DNA of 64,000 bases from Octopus sinensis (GCF_006345805.1 NC_043024.1:10540001-10604000); one strand, 5' to 3'; positions 40,172 through 53,698 are shown, counted from the stretch's first letter. The notes: generated by a model from the letters alone, not told the origin. A program made the numbers and translations.

Positions 40172-42479
40172 GTTGGTAAGCAAGCTACTTACCACACAGC
40201 CACTCCTACGCCTGTCATTGAAGATTTCGGATTTGATTAATCCTCCGGTTGCCGAGGGGTTAAAGCTATCTCCCTTTGTCAGTTTGTAGCAAATAGCGTA
40301 GGGATTAGAAGGTGATTTCATAAGGGCTAAAAAATAATTTTCAGTCTTAACCTACACACACACACACACACACACACACAACACACACACACACACACAC
40401 ACACAAATAAACAAACAAGCAAAAAAGAAAAAAAAAATGGCGGTGAGTGGGCAGAATGGTAAGAACACCGGATGAAATACTTGACAACCGATACTGGTGT
40501 GTTTAAGTAACTAGGGGTTCGGTTAAAGAGACCGATAGAATAAGTAATAGGCTTACAAAGAATATGTCCTGGGATCGATTTGCTCGACTAAAGGCAGTGA
40601 GTGCTCCAGTATGGCCACAGTCAAATGGCTGGAACACATAAAAGAATATGGAAAGATAATGTGGAAGGAAACATACCATTTCTGGTGGAAAAGTCTTTTA
40701 CTTGTCTCAGTGATTGGTCTGTGGCCATACTGGGGCAGCTGTCTTGAAGAGTTTCGTCTGTCTTCACGTTCTGAGTCCAAATTCTGTCAAAGTTGACTTT
40801 GCCTTTCATCCTTTCGAGGGAGGTGGGTGTCGATAAAATAAGTACCAGTTAAGTATTGGGGTCGAAGTATTCAACCAAATCTCTTCCCCGAATCTATTTT
40901 CTACGGAAGATCCAACGGCTTCAAGTTTGAGTACGCATGCGTGTAGTTGTGTGAGGTGGTGGTGGTGGTGGCAATTACATCGACACCACTGCTCATCTTT
41001 TACATTTTCTCTCGACTCCAACAGGAAGGTAAGAATTAACCTCGGAGGAATTTGGACTCAGAAAGGTAAAGTCGGAAGAAATGTCGCTCAGCATAACGTG
41101 CTTTCTATCACGTTGCATTCGTCCTGCGAAGCTTTGACTGCGCTTAGAGTTACAGGCGCAGCAAAGGGGCTGCAGAGAAGTCCCTTAAATGGCATCCCGA
41201 AACTTTCCGGGACCCCAGAAATATGCCTGACAATTCATTTTGCAACAGCTGTTAACGTATTATCATAAAAGGAAATATATCTCATTGACAAATGAATAAA
41301 TTTCAAGGGAAATCACTCATGCAAGTGCTTTGAAGAGTTATTTCCCTTAAATTAATTCTTCCTTACTATTGCACATTTGATATATTTTTTTACTCTAGGC
41401 ACAAGGCCCGAAATTTTTGGAGAAGTAGTCAGTCGATTAGATCGACCCCAGTACGTAGCTGGTATTTAATTTATCGACTCCGAAAGGATGAAAGGCAAAG
41501 TCGACCTCTGCGGAATTTGAACTCAGAACGTAGCGGCAGACGAAATACCTATTTCTTTTCTACCCACAAGGGGCTAAACACAGAGGGGACAAACAAAGAC
41601 AGACAAACGGATTAAGTCGATTAGATCGACCTCAGTACGTATCTGGTACTTAATTTATCGACCCCGAAAGGATGAAAGGCAAAGTCGACCTCTGCGGAAT
41701 TTGAACTCAGAACGTAGCGGCAGACGAAATACCTATTTCTTTTCTACCCACAAGGGGCTAAACACAGAGGGGACAAACAAAGACAGACAAACGGATTAAG
41801 TCGATTAGATCGACCTCAGTACGTATCTGGTACTTAATTTATCGACCCCGAAAGGATGAAAGGCAAAGTCGACCGTGGCAGAATTTGAACTCAGAACGTA
41901 AAGACTGACGAAATACCGCTAAGCATTTCGTCCGGTGGTATTTCGTCCGTCTTTACGTTCTGAGCTCAAATTCCGCTGAGGTTGACGTTTCGAGGTCGGC
42001 AAAATAGATTAATATTTCGACCAGGAAATCCTGCTTAGTAGTATTTCTCAAGGCTTTTTGTGGTTTTTATAATAATAATAATAATAAAATGCCCTGATGC
42101 AGTACCAGGTATTGGATCTCATGGCTTCTGATCTTAACTGATTGGAAGTGTTATCATGTACATTGTTTTGTCTTGGTATAAAAGATGGGCTACAGCAAAT
42201 ATTCTGCTCAGTACTACAGATTTGCTTGTCAGTTGTTTGACCGTAACCAGTTGAGCTTGTCCCTTAGTGGCTAACGAAATGTGCATCTCTAATCACGAGC
42301 AGAAGAAGTGGGGGAGCATCATAGCCATGTGTTGAGAGGGATTCTTTGGGGTTTGGATAATGCACCTCTGGAAACATGGGTGTTTCGTTCATCATCCTTA
42401 AATAAACCTTATTCAGGGACCATTTGAGCAGGATGAGTTACTCGACTAAAAGAAAATTCTAACTGGGCCCCACCTGCAA

Positions 42480-42870
42480 GGTCTCACCCAGAGACCTCAA
42501 GAGACAACAAGTTGGAAGTTGATGTTGGTGTTATGCTTAGGGTGCCATATATTTGATTTTGTACTTAGTATTGTTCTAGAGACTGTTTAAGAAACCATAA
42601 GAAAATTATGTTTGTTTTAAAATTGGAGATTGCATAGTCAGTATTTTACGGAGGATATGGGCAGTATTTCTGCCATTATGGGGTTTCCTGGTATGTGAGC
42701 TAGGTAGGAATCGGCCCCTTTTGCTATCATTCCTAGGGCACCTATGACAACAGGTATTGTCTTGAGGTTCCACATTTTGCCAATTTCTATTTCAAGATCT
42801 TTATATTTTTGGTAGGTCTTGACAGATACGTTTATATTGATTGGGACAGTCATATCGATGCGGCGGCAAG
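42480..42870 (-). mobile_element. R4/Dong-clade LINE 3' fragment
   Basis: ORF 42638-42853 (YKDLEIEIGKMWNLKTIPVVIGALG) plus a 3' UTR matching 50836-50990. Confidence 0.85.
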
Positions 42871-43099
42871 ATTTTTGTTGGTATGTATGTATGTTTTATG
42901 TATGTATTCTCATGCATAGAGTTACATATATCTAGACATGTTCATATATATTTAAATGATAAACTTCTGGAAAGTTTTACAGATTTTTACAGTTCCAGTG
43001 ATGGATTGGATCTGTAGTCTTCGAATTTACTTTCTCCTTTCTGGTTTTGAGAAGCCTAATTTCTCAAGATTGGTAGTATGTACGTATGTATACATGTAT

Positions 43100-43145
<46 letters not shown>

Positions 43146-43766
43146 ACACACAAACACACAAATATATATATATATAATTAATAAATGCGACCTTTTAAAG
43201 CCTAGCCAGGCTCATGGGCGCGGTTTCCCGGTTTCTATGGCGTATGTGTTCCCCAGCTGGACGGGACGCCAGTCCATCGCAGCGTTACTCATTTTTGCCG
43301 GCTGATTGGACTGGAGCAACGTGAAATGAAGTGTTTTGCTCAAGGGCACAACGCTTCGCCCGGTCTAGGAATCGAAACCACAATCTTACGATTATGATGC
43401 TGACACCCTAATCACTAAGCCACGCACCTACACACACACACACACACACACATATTGTGACCTTAAAGTAAACAATCGGAGACAATCTGTTTATCAGTGT
43501 ACAGACATACAGACCTCTATGAAGACGGGTTGTTTTTTATCGCAGAAGGGCGAAAGCCATTTGCGTCGTCTGTGATATTTCCCATAGAATGTTTGAAACT
43601 GGTCAGATAAACAGGGTACGGAGGGGTACGGTGAGGTACGGTGGGGGGTACGGTGGGGTACACAATCGTCTGAGAAAGTGATGTTGATTCATATCTCTTC
43701 ACGTGCTCTGCCATTAAACTATCAAGGACAGTCATAAGATTAAACTGGAAAAGTTTCAGACGGTTG

Positions 43767-43821
<55 letters not shown>

Positions 43822-44024
43822 CGCACGCACGCACACACGTAAATGCCGAATGATAAAAACGAGTGCTCAACGCCGCATTGGGGGATATAATTTCTTTATT
43901 TGTGAATTAAGGCTACCATTGGTTTCATGTTAAGTAAAGTAGGAAAATATCGTAGTCCCTTGACAAGTTTTCAAGCCGATCGCATGGAGAAAGGTGTTCG
44001 CCTCCATTATGGAAAACACAGCCT

Positions 44025-44059
44025 ATGTGTGTATATATATATATATATATATAAATGTA

Positions 44060-44104
<45 letters not shown>

Positions 44105-44263
44105 GTACTTTTATATATATATAAATGTATTTTATATATATATAAATGTACTATATATAAATGTACTTTTATATATATATATATAATATATATATATTAT
44201 TATATATATATATATAAATGTACTTTTATATATATATATATATAAAAGTACATTTATATATAT

Positions 44264-44296
<33 letters not shown>

Positions 44297-44307
44297 GTAT
44301 AAATGTA

Positions 44308-44370
<63 letters not shown>
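44025..44370. repeat. (TA)n-aaatgtactttt minisatellite
   Basis: Direct reading. Confidence 0.88.
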
Positions 44371-44518
44371 TGTTGTATATGGGGAGAGTCATTCTCTTTT
44401 TGTGCCTTATTATTTAATACACTCACCGGTGAAATTTCCACTTATTTATTATTTTCATTTTCCTAAAATTTTCGTTGCGTCTTGCAACCTTTTCGGTAGT
44501 CTAGACTCTTGCAAACCA

Positions 44519-44519
<1 letters not shown>

Positions 44520-44566
<47 letters not shown>

Positions 44567-45509
44567 CATTTGCAACGAGGATGAAGGGGGACAATACATT
44601 ATGAAGGGACAATACAAAGGATTACGGGGACAAAACAAAGACATACATAAAATGTTGGGGTTTACATATAATGGAATGATAGAAAAAGAAAAAAAGAAAG
44701 AAGGAAAAGTATAGACGATATGCATTAAAAGAAGAGAAGCATATGGCACTAAGAAGAAGAAGGATGGGGAGAAAAGGGGTCAGCGATGGGGTCCTCCTGA
44801 TACAGGAGGAGCTCTTGGGGTAATCGAGGAACACCACCATCCAAGATCACCCTGAATATCATGAACAAGTGCCCTTTCTTCCAACTCCTTTCCTCCGACT
44901 CACAAGTCTACACTTACAGCGGCACCATCCACTCTTACCATTTTCGCAACTTTCACCCACCTTTTGATAAATTCCCTGGAAGACAGCACCTTATTCTCCG
45001 CCCTCAATTTTCTGTTCAAGTGGATCATAAAAATGTCGATGAGGGCTTTACAAAAGAGCGATGTCTCTGTCCGCATCCTTTTCAGCCTCGTCCACCCGAC
45101 AACCTCTTTCGCCATAGCCACCAGGTAACGGAAAACTGCCTTGCCTGCCTGATTAAAGGACGGCGGCGGAACAATCATCACTATGGACTCGGATGGCAGA
45201 CGTCCCGCACACGAACTCAGAACGTAAAGACGGACGAAATACCTATTTCTTTATTACCCTCAAGGGGCTAAACAGAGAGAGGACGAACAAGGACAGACAA
45301 ACGGATTAAGTCGATTACATCGACCCCAGTGCGTAACTGGTACTTAATTTATCGACCCTGAAACGATGAAAGGCAAAGTCGACCTCGGCGGAATTTGAAC
45401 TCAGAACGAAGGGGCAGACGAAATACCGATAAGCATTTCACCCGACGTGCTAACGATTCTGCCAGCTCACCGCCTTAATAATAATAATGATGAGGACGAT
45501 GATGATGAC

Positions 45510-45544
<35 letters not shown>

Positions 45545-47590
45545 CGATGATGATGATCTCAGTTAATCTCTGTTATGTTACGCAATTATCATTCGTTGAC
45601 TTGAAAAGATTTCGGTATTGTTTTTCTTTTTAATCTTTATGTTTTTCTTATCTCGTTAACGACGATAATCTTATACCGCGACTTTTATTTTGAGAAAACC
45701 ACCGTCTGTTCATTTACCAGAATTTCTAATAATTCTTCTGCAACAATAATTCTTCGTGGTTTTAAGTGAGATTTATGAATTATGAGTTATGAATTGTTGA
45801 CGTCAAGATAAAATGGAGCAGGCTGTGGTTTAATACTTGATTGATGATTTTTAGTCCCAGCTCTGATCTGATTGAGCAAATTTAGGATCAAACGCATTGA
45901 AATTATGAAAAAAATAAAAAAATAAATGGAGCTCCGTACCTTGGTTTTCAGGGGTGACTGGTAACACAGTCATCTGTTTGGTCGATGGGGGAATGGTGAA
46001 GGGTTTTCCTAGAAAGTTTTTTTGGGGTGGGTGGGTGGGTACTTACTAAACTCCCCAATGTCCTGGGGGAATTTCTGTTTTAGATCCACCTCTGCCCGAC
46101 CTTTCAAGGACAGTTTCCTCTCAACCCATTTCTAGGTAAGACTGGCCACCCTGTTCGTTACCTCGTCCTAGTTCTTATCCACCTGGACGAACCGAACCAG
46201 ACTCCGACCTGTTTAACTGGTCCGTTAGTCCCGCGTCCGACAAAGCCATCTGACGGCATCGACCTACCTCTCCAAATACCCGGTCACAATCCCACCGCCT
46301 TCTCGGCTTGATTTTCGCCCCTGCAGCCGACTCATATTCTTCTTTATGGTCGTACACGTATCTGTTTGGATTAACATTCTATCCGATGGAGTTTTCGGGT
46401 GGAGTTCCGTAAAACCTTCTCCACTTGTTACAATGTTTTTGCTATTAATTACTTCCTCAACCCATTCAATGTTGCTCTTCTGAACAACAGTGAAGTTGAT
46501 GAAGGAAACACGTACCCGAGAGTGTGACTGTTGCTCATTTTGTTTTTAGGGTGGTTCTTTTTGCTTTCATGCTTTTTCTGGTTGTGTATGTATTTGTAAA
46601 AATGGGTCGCCTTGTGATGAAGATGTCGATGTTGGAGGTGATTTGTTCTTTAATTGATGTTGTGACGGATTTTGCTTTTTATCGTCATGTCATAGGGATT
46701 TCAGTTTCGGCCAGTCTTTGTGTTATGTCGCACGATCGGATGACCTCCACTCAACTATACTCTACTCCACTCAACTATACTCTACTCCACTCCACTCTGT
46801 TCTAGTCTACTACGACTGCTACTTCTCTCTAGACTGCCGTCTGTTCCCAGACTGCTACTCTGACGTCTAGACTTCTCCCTCCATATCCACGTATTGGATC
46901 AGCCTACTACATCGTCTGGGGGCACCCACACAACACTTTGTTTGTTTCAGATTCAGTTTTTCTCTTATCCCCGACGAAGTCCTTTTGATGTGATGTCAAT
47001 GAGGACTTTGCTTTTGCAAGGTCTGAGTCGTAGGAAGAAGGCAGATGGTTGGTTGTAGTTTTGTCTACACCTTGAGGCATTGGCAGTCACGGTGGAGAGC
47101 TTCGCACCCTCTCCATCGTGGGGCAAAAGACTTTGGGGTGGTTCATATTCTCACACACAAAACATTTCGGTTTTTTTCCTTCTATATAAACAGGCATCTT
47201 TTTTAATTCCCCGAAACAGAAAAAATCGGGAATGCGATTTATTTCCTCTGCAGAAAACTATCATCTGGAATTCCATAAGAATTCCAGTCCTGTGGAGTTG
47301 TGGGGTGGAATTCACCTCCACAATCTCCCCATGCTTTTCCAGAACGGCTAAAACTCTCGCCGGATCACGGTGAACCTGACTCAAGTTCAAGTCAGCCTTT
47401 TACCCATGTAATGGGGAATCATTACAAAAGCCTCGGATGTGCAAGTTATAGCAGCCATTCTTGTGGCTTCTCGCTCACTTCTGCCCATAGCAGCTACCGT
47501 CCCATACTGCTTGCCTTTCTGTATGTGTAGCACCTGAGGGCCAGACATCTTCGAGGCATTTTTCGGTTTCTGCTGGAGTAGGAAATTTAA
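44520..47590 (-). mobile_element. Fragmented L1/Tx1-clade LINE: ORF1-like piece (~47150-47590), ORF2 post-RT piece (~46082-46340), ORF2 C-terminus (~44900-45200), 3' UTR and (ATT)n tail
   Basis: Frameshifted translations YESAAGAKI...GVWFG...KWVERKLSLKGRAE and VAMAKEVV.WTRLK...EFIKRWV resemble Tx1/L1 ORF2. The pieces are collinear and end in (ATT)n at 44520-44566. Confidence 0.6.
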
Positions 47591-47626
47591 GTTTCTTCTT
47601 CTTGAGAGAAACACATTTATAAACAA

Positions 47627-48016
47627 CTAGCAGTATCGCCCGGCGTTGCTCGGGTTTGTTTCGACCCTTTAGAATTGGAATTTTTGAGAAGTAAAAATTT
47701 TGTATGTAGCTTGTTATTCTCTTTAAGTGAACATTTTTCTGGTTGAAATACACCGAAAAATGGTGACACAGCAGTCAAAAATCGTAAAAAATAGGGATTT
47801 TCATAGAAAAAAAGCACCATTTTGATGTAAATAATTTTTGGTGTTAACATGGTCCGATTTGAATTTTATCTTCTATGGAATGAAGAGCAAGCCTTCTTCT
47901 ATCATACTCTCAATTTTGGTCAACTTGTGCCACAGGGTCTCGGAGGAGATAGTGTTAGTTGAAGGCTACCAAACCTGCCACACACAGACAGACAACTTCA
48001 GCTTTATATATATAGA
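47627..48016 (-). mobile_element. Non-autonomous Helitron-like element, 390 bp
   Basis: On the minus strand: A|TCTATATATAT... at the 5' end, subterminal hairpin CCCGAGCAACGCCGGG, and ...CTAG|T at the 3' end; A|T insertion site with no TSD. Confidence 0.75.
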
Positions 48017-48997
48017 TTATTCGTCGTTCGGAGATTTTTTTTCTCCTCCTCACTGAGGCACATAATACCTGGTGGCATAATGTCATTCTTCTATTTCAAA
48101 TCTTGAACTGAATGGACATTCTATTTGCTGCTCTCTAAAAAAACATTGTTTTGTTGTGGTTCTATGTATTATTAGAGCTGTTGCTACTGTTATTGTTATT
48201 TATTTCTTTATTGCTCATAAGGGGGCTAAACACAGAAGGGACAAACAAGGATAGACAAACGGATTAAGTCGATTATATCGACTCCAGTGCGTAACTGGTC
48301 CTTATTTAATCGACCCTGAAAGGATGAAAGGCAAAGTCGACCTCGGCGGAATTTGAACTCAGAACGTAACGGCAATCGAAATAGCGCTTAGCATTTCTCC
48401 CGACGTGCTAACGTTTCTGCCAGTTACTATTGATAATTGAATTGTTCTTTACGCTGTTGTTGTTTTCAATCTTGTTGATCATGTTGCTGTTGTTATTTTT
48501 TATCTTGTTCAAATTGTTGCTGATGTTGTTGTTGGTGCTGCTGTTTGTGCTGCTGCTGCTGCTGCTGCTGTTCACATTGTCGCCATTGCTGTTGTCGTCG
48601 TCGTTGCTGCTAGTACTTTCGTATTTGTTACAGCCGTCACAGCATCAAGAGGAAATACTATTTCACTTTGGCGAGAAATCAGTTTTAGCTTCAGTCACGT
48701 TCTGTGTTACAACTGTGTCAGCAAAAACGCTGCTCTCTGTCGATTATTATGATTTTTCTGTAAACCAGACTTTTTTTAAATTTGGAAAATAAATGAAATC
48801 TTCTCTTCACAAAAATGCAAGACAATTATTATAGAGTTTACATTCCCAAAATTGGAAGAAATTACACAAAATGTTACCACCGCGATCCAGACAATGCAAT
48901 TAAAACAATTATTAAAAAATATTTGACAGAACAGGCTGCAACCAACCGAAACGCTTGATTAAACACTTACAAATCACGGAGCTCCAGTATGACGACC

Positions 48998-49033
<36 letters not shown>

Positions 49034-49038
49034 TAATA

Positions 49039-49089
<51 letters not shown>

Positions 49090-49127
49090 TGGAATAATAA
49101 TAATAATATAATATGGAATAACAACAG

Positions 49128-49630
49128 AAAAAAGATGGTATAGGCACACACCAGAAAAGGTCACAGAAAACGAGAAAGCAACCATACTCTGGGATATGCC
49201 GATACACACAGATAGAGAAATTAAGGCCAACAGACCAGATATAGTTGTCAGAGATCATGAAGGAAAAAAATGCTTTCTAATTGATGTATCAATACCGGCA
49301 GATGACAACGTGTCTCTAAAAGAAATGGAGAAACTCTCAAAATACAAAGACCTGGAAATAGAGGTAACTAGAATGTGGAACCTGAAAACAGAAACAATTC
49401 CTATCATAGTAGGTGCATTAGGCATGATAAAAAAATATTCAGACAAATACATAACAAAAACACCAGGACTTACAAACACATATAACATACAGAAAATTGC
49501 ACTACTAGGCACTGCACACATCCTACGCAGAACACTTTCCATACAATAACCATCAGAGCATCACAACAAATCACAGCACATACCCAAGGCACACAGAGCT
49601 GCGCTCGGTAGTGAAGTGAAAGCACGCTAT
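49128..49630 (+). mobile_element. R4/Dong-clade LINE, 5'-truncated, second subfamily
   Basis: ILWDMPIHTDREIKANRPDIVV...FLIDVSIP...KLSKYKDLEIE (restriction-like endonuclease PD..D..K); flanked by (AAT)n on both sides. Confidence 0.88.
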
Positions 49631-49687
49631 AAAAATAAAACTACTGAATAATAATGATAATAATAATAATAAATAAATGCGCCCCTT

Positions 49688-49928
49688 TTTTAAAGCCTAG
49701 CCAGGTTTCATGGACCCGGCTTCCCGGTTTCAATGGCGTATGTGTTCCCCAGCTGGACGGGACGCCAGTCCATCGCAGCGTTACTCATTTTTGCCAGCTG
49801 AGTGGACTGGAGCAACGTGAAATGAAGTGTTTTGCTCAAGAACACAACGCGTCGCCCGGTCCAGGAATCGAAACCACAATCTTACGACCATGGTGCTGAC
49901 ACCCTAACCACTAAGCCACGCGCCTCCA
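49688..49928 (-). mobile_element. tRNA-derived SINE with V-domain-like segment (family E)
   Basis: Minus strand: tggaggcgcgtggcttagtggttaggg...ggtttcgattcc (A/B boxes) then gatggactggcgtcccgtccag. Copies also at ~22192-22422 and ~43190-43428; a related tRNA head at ~20932-21090(+). Confidence 0.75.
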
Positions 49929-49929
49929 C

Positions 49930-49965
<36 letters not shown>

Positions 49966-50235
49966 GTAGAAGTCTATGTATTATAACCTTATCTTTTCCC
50001 TTTATATCTCATGTTCTTTATTTTTTTCTTTTGTAATCTCTCGCACAGTTTTTTTATGCAACCCCCACCCTCTCTCTCTCTGTCACACACGCATACACAA
50101 ATTTATAAACACGTACACATATGTATGCAAAGATATGTATTGTGTAATCAAGTATATTTAAAAGTACATACGCATATACATACATCCATACATGAATACA
50201 TACATATACACATACATACATATATGCACGCATAT

Positions 50236-50292
<57 letters not shown>

Positions 50293-50403
50293 TATACATA
50301 CATACATATAAATATATATATATACATACATACATATAAATATATATATACATACATACATATAAATATATATATACATACATACATATAAATATATATA
50401 TAC

Positions 50404-50436
<33 letters not shown>

Positions 50437-50799
50437 CATACATACATATAAATATATATATACATACATACATATAAATATATATACATACATACATACA
50501 TACATATCCGTATGAGTATATACACACACGTCCATGCACACATATATACACGCATATACCCTTATCACGAAGATACCCATTGCTCTCCGCACCGCCAGCC
50601 CTCCCCGCACCGCTGGACCTCTCTGTATATATTTTCAAGTTAACACAGCCTTCTATCTTCAGTGTTGATAACAACTTAAACAAACACCTTTGATTTTTGG
50701 CCGATCTTTGAACCGCGAGAAAGTAAGCATATATGTCTATTTTCTTACATATACGATTTGCTGGCTGTTATTATCATTATTATTATTATTATATTATAT

Positions 50800-52987
50800 T
50801 TGACTTTTGCTTTGTATTTGTACAAGTTGGCTCCAAGTCTCACCCAAAGACCTCAAGAGACAACAGGTTGGAAGTTCATGTTGGTGTTATGCCTAGGGTG
50901 CCATATATTTGGTTTTGTACTTAGTGTTGTACTAGTGAATGTCTAAAAAAACCATACGAAAATTATGTTTGTTTTAAAACTTGAGATTACATAAAAAGTA
51001 TTTTGCGTAGGATATGAACAGTTCCCATGAGCACTATCTTTTGAATTTCTGCCATTTTGGGGTTTCCTGGTGTCTGAGCTAGGTAGCAATCAGCCCCTTT
51101 TGCTATCATTCCCAGGGCACCCATGACAACAGGTATTGTTTTAGTATTCAGGTTCCACATTTTGCTGATTTCTATTTCAAGATCTTTATACTTACTCAGT
51201 TTTTGGTAGGTCTTGACAGATACGTTTATATCGCTTGGGACAGTCATATCAATGAGGAGGCATGTTCTTTGTCTGAAGTCTTTCAATATAATGTCTGGCC
51301 TATTTGCATCTATCTTCCTGTCAGTTTGAATGGTGAAGTTCCAGAGGAGTGAGATGTGGTCATTTTCAAGCACAGGAGGTGGATTGTGTTCCCACCAGTT
51401 TTTTTCATGGGGCAATCCAGGTTTTTGCAAATTACCCAGTGAATATATTGTGCAGCTCTATCATGCCTACTGAGGTACTCTCTGTAGGCGCTAGAAGACT
51501 GCATTTGGAGACAACATGGTCAATGGTTTCATTTTGTTGTCGGCATACACGACATGTTGGGCTACTGCCGTTCTTTAATATGTTGGCCTGGTAGTTTCTT
51601 GTTGGTAGGCATTGATCTTGAGCTGCTATGATAAATCCCTCTGTTTCAGATTTTAAGCCAGAGGCCATTAGCCATTGATGGGTCAGGGCTTTGTCGATAT
51701 CTGCATTATTCGCTCTTTTTGGGTATTTGCCATAGAGAGGTTTTTCTTGCCATTTATTATTCAGAATATCTAAGGCCGCAGTTTTGGCACGGGTTTTCAT
51801 GCGCCTAGCTTTTTCTGTGCTTGTTTCTTGTATGTCTATCTCTAATTCCGAAATTGGTTGTATTCGGAATTCACTTAGATATTCCTTTGCCTGTTTTGTG
51901 ACTGAGTATGATGCTTTCTTGTTTTCATGTTTTGAGACAAGTTTTAACATCCAGTCCTCAGAGTTTTTCAGGTAGGTGTCTAGGCCAATTGTAGCAATCT
52001 TCATTGTTATTGCCAGTTGCAAAAGACCACGGCCTCCCTCTTTTCTTGGCAGATAGAGTCGTTCTGTATCTGCCTTAGGGTGGTGCATTCTATGCATTGT
52101 CAACAGTTTCCTTATTTTTCTGTCGAGCTGACATATTTCAGTAATTGACCAGTTAACAATATTGAAACTGTAAGTCACGACTGGTATGGCTAATGCATTG
52201 ATCACTTCGATCCTGTTTCTTGCATTCAGCTCTGTCTTGAGTATTGCTCTCACTCTTCGATAGCATTCTCTCCTGATCCTTTCCTTCATCTCTGAATGCC
52301 TTATTCCGTTCCCTTCAATTACCCCTAGGTACTTGTAGCTCTCCGCTGGGTCTAGTTCTTTTATGACATTCTGTTGGTCAAGGTTAACGTTAGATGTTTC
52401 TGTCATTTTTCCTTTGATAAAGGTAGCCTTTGCACATTTATCGAGGCCGAATTGCATTCTGATGTCGTCACTGAATTGTTTGACTATCGCTAGTAAGCCC
52501 TTGAGTTGTTCGTCATTTTTTGCAAAAAGCTTTAAATCATCCATGTAAACGAGATGATTTATATTTTTATCAAACATTTTATACCCGTACTGCGCGTCAT
52601 TGAGCAGCTTTGAGAGAGGTATTAAGGATAAACAAAAGAGGAGTGGTGACAGTGAGTCACCCTGGAAAATGCCACACGAAATTTTTACATCACCAGCATT
52701 TAGGGATTCATTGTCACTGTTCAGAGTTAGTGTGGTTCTCCATGATCTCATACTTACAGTCAAGAAGTTTCGCAGAGTAGGTGCTATCTTATACATTTCC
52801 AGGCATTTCCTAATCCAGCTATGTGGTAGGCTATCAAAAGCCTTTTTATAGTCTATCCAGGCTATTGATAAGTTTTTGTGTCGTTTGTGACAATCTTCTA
52901 AGATCATCTTATTGATGAGTAGTTGGTCTTTACAGCGGTAGGATCCACGTTTACATCCTTTCTGTTCATTAGGGAATATGCTGCTGT
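50800..52987 (-). mobile_element. R4/Dong-clade non-LTR retrotransposon, 5'-truncated: RT, CCHC finger and RLE endonuclease, two frameshifts near 51480 and 51420
   Basis: [30 protein letters not shown]; CRVC...[10 protein letters not shown]; RHD; RPDI...LIDMTVP...KLSKY. Sense-strand (TAA)n at both junctions. Confidence 0.93.
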
Positions 52988-53120
<133 letters not shown>

Positions 53121-53222
53121 ATTTGTAACCCCCCAAACTTTATGTCTGTTTTTGTATTGTCTCTCTCATCCTGGTGGCAGAATCGTATACACAAATATAT
53201 ATACGTATATTATTAGTGTGTG

Positions 53223-53271
<49 letters not shown>

Positions 53272-53698
53272 ATATTAGGGAGTATATCCAAACTTACAGG
53301 GAAAAACTAGATTTAGGATTAAATCTAATTTCACAGTATAAATATAAATTAAATTAGAGATAAAACCACTATTAGGCAAATCAAACAGTGAAAAACATAA
53401 CCAAAACATAAAAATAAAAATAATTAATATAATAGACAAAATATATAAAATATAAAATTTAAATTATTTAAATTTAAAATTATTAATTGATTTGCCTAAT
53501 AGTGGTTTTATGTTTATTAATAATAGTCGTCTTTTGTTTATTTCCGTAAACCTGCCTTCGTCTTTTGTCTATTTTCATAAAGCTTCCCGTTATATATATA
53601 TATATATGTACGTATTTCTTTGTTTTACACTGGATAGATATGGCATGGCCTTTGCTAATCGAATTCACTTTCTTTCATTTCTCAGGAAAGGACCAACA

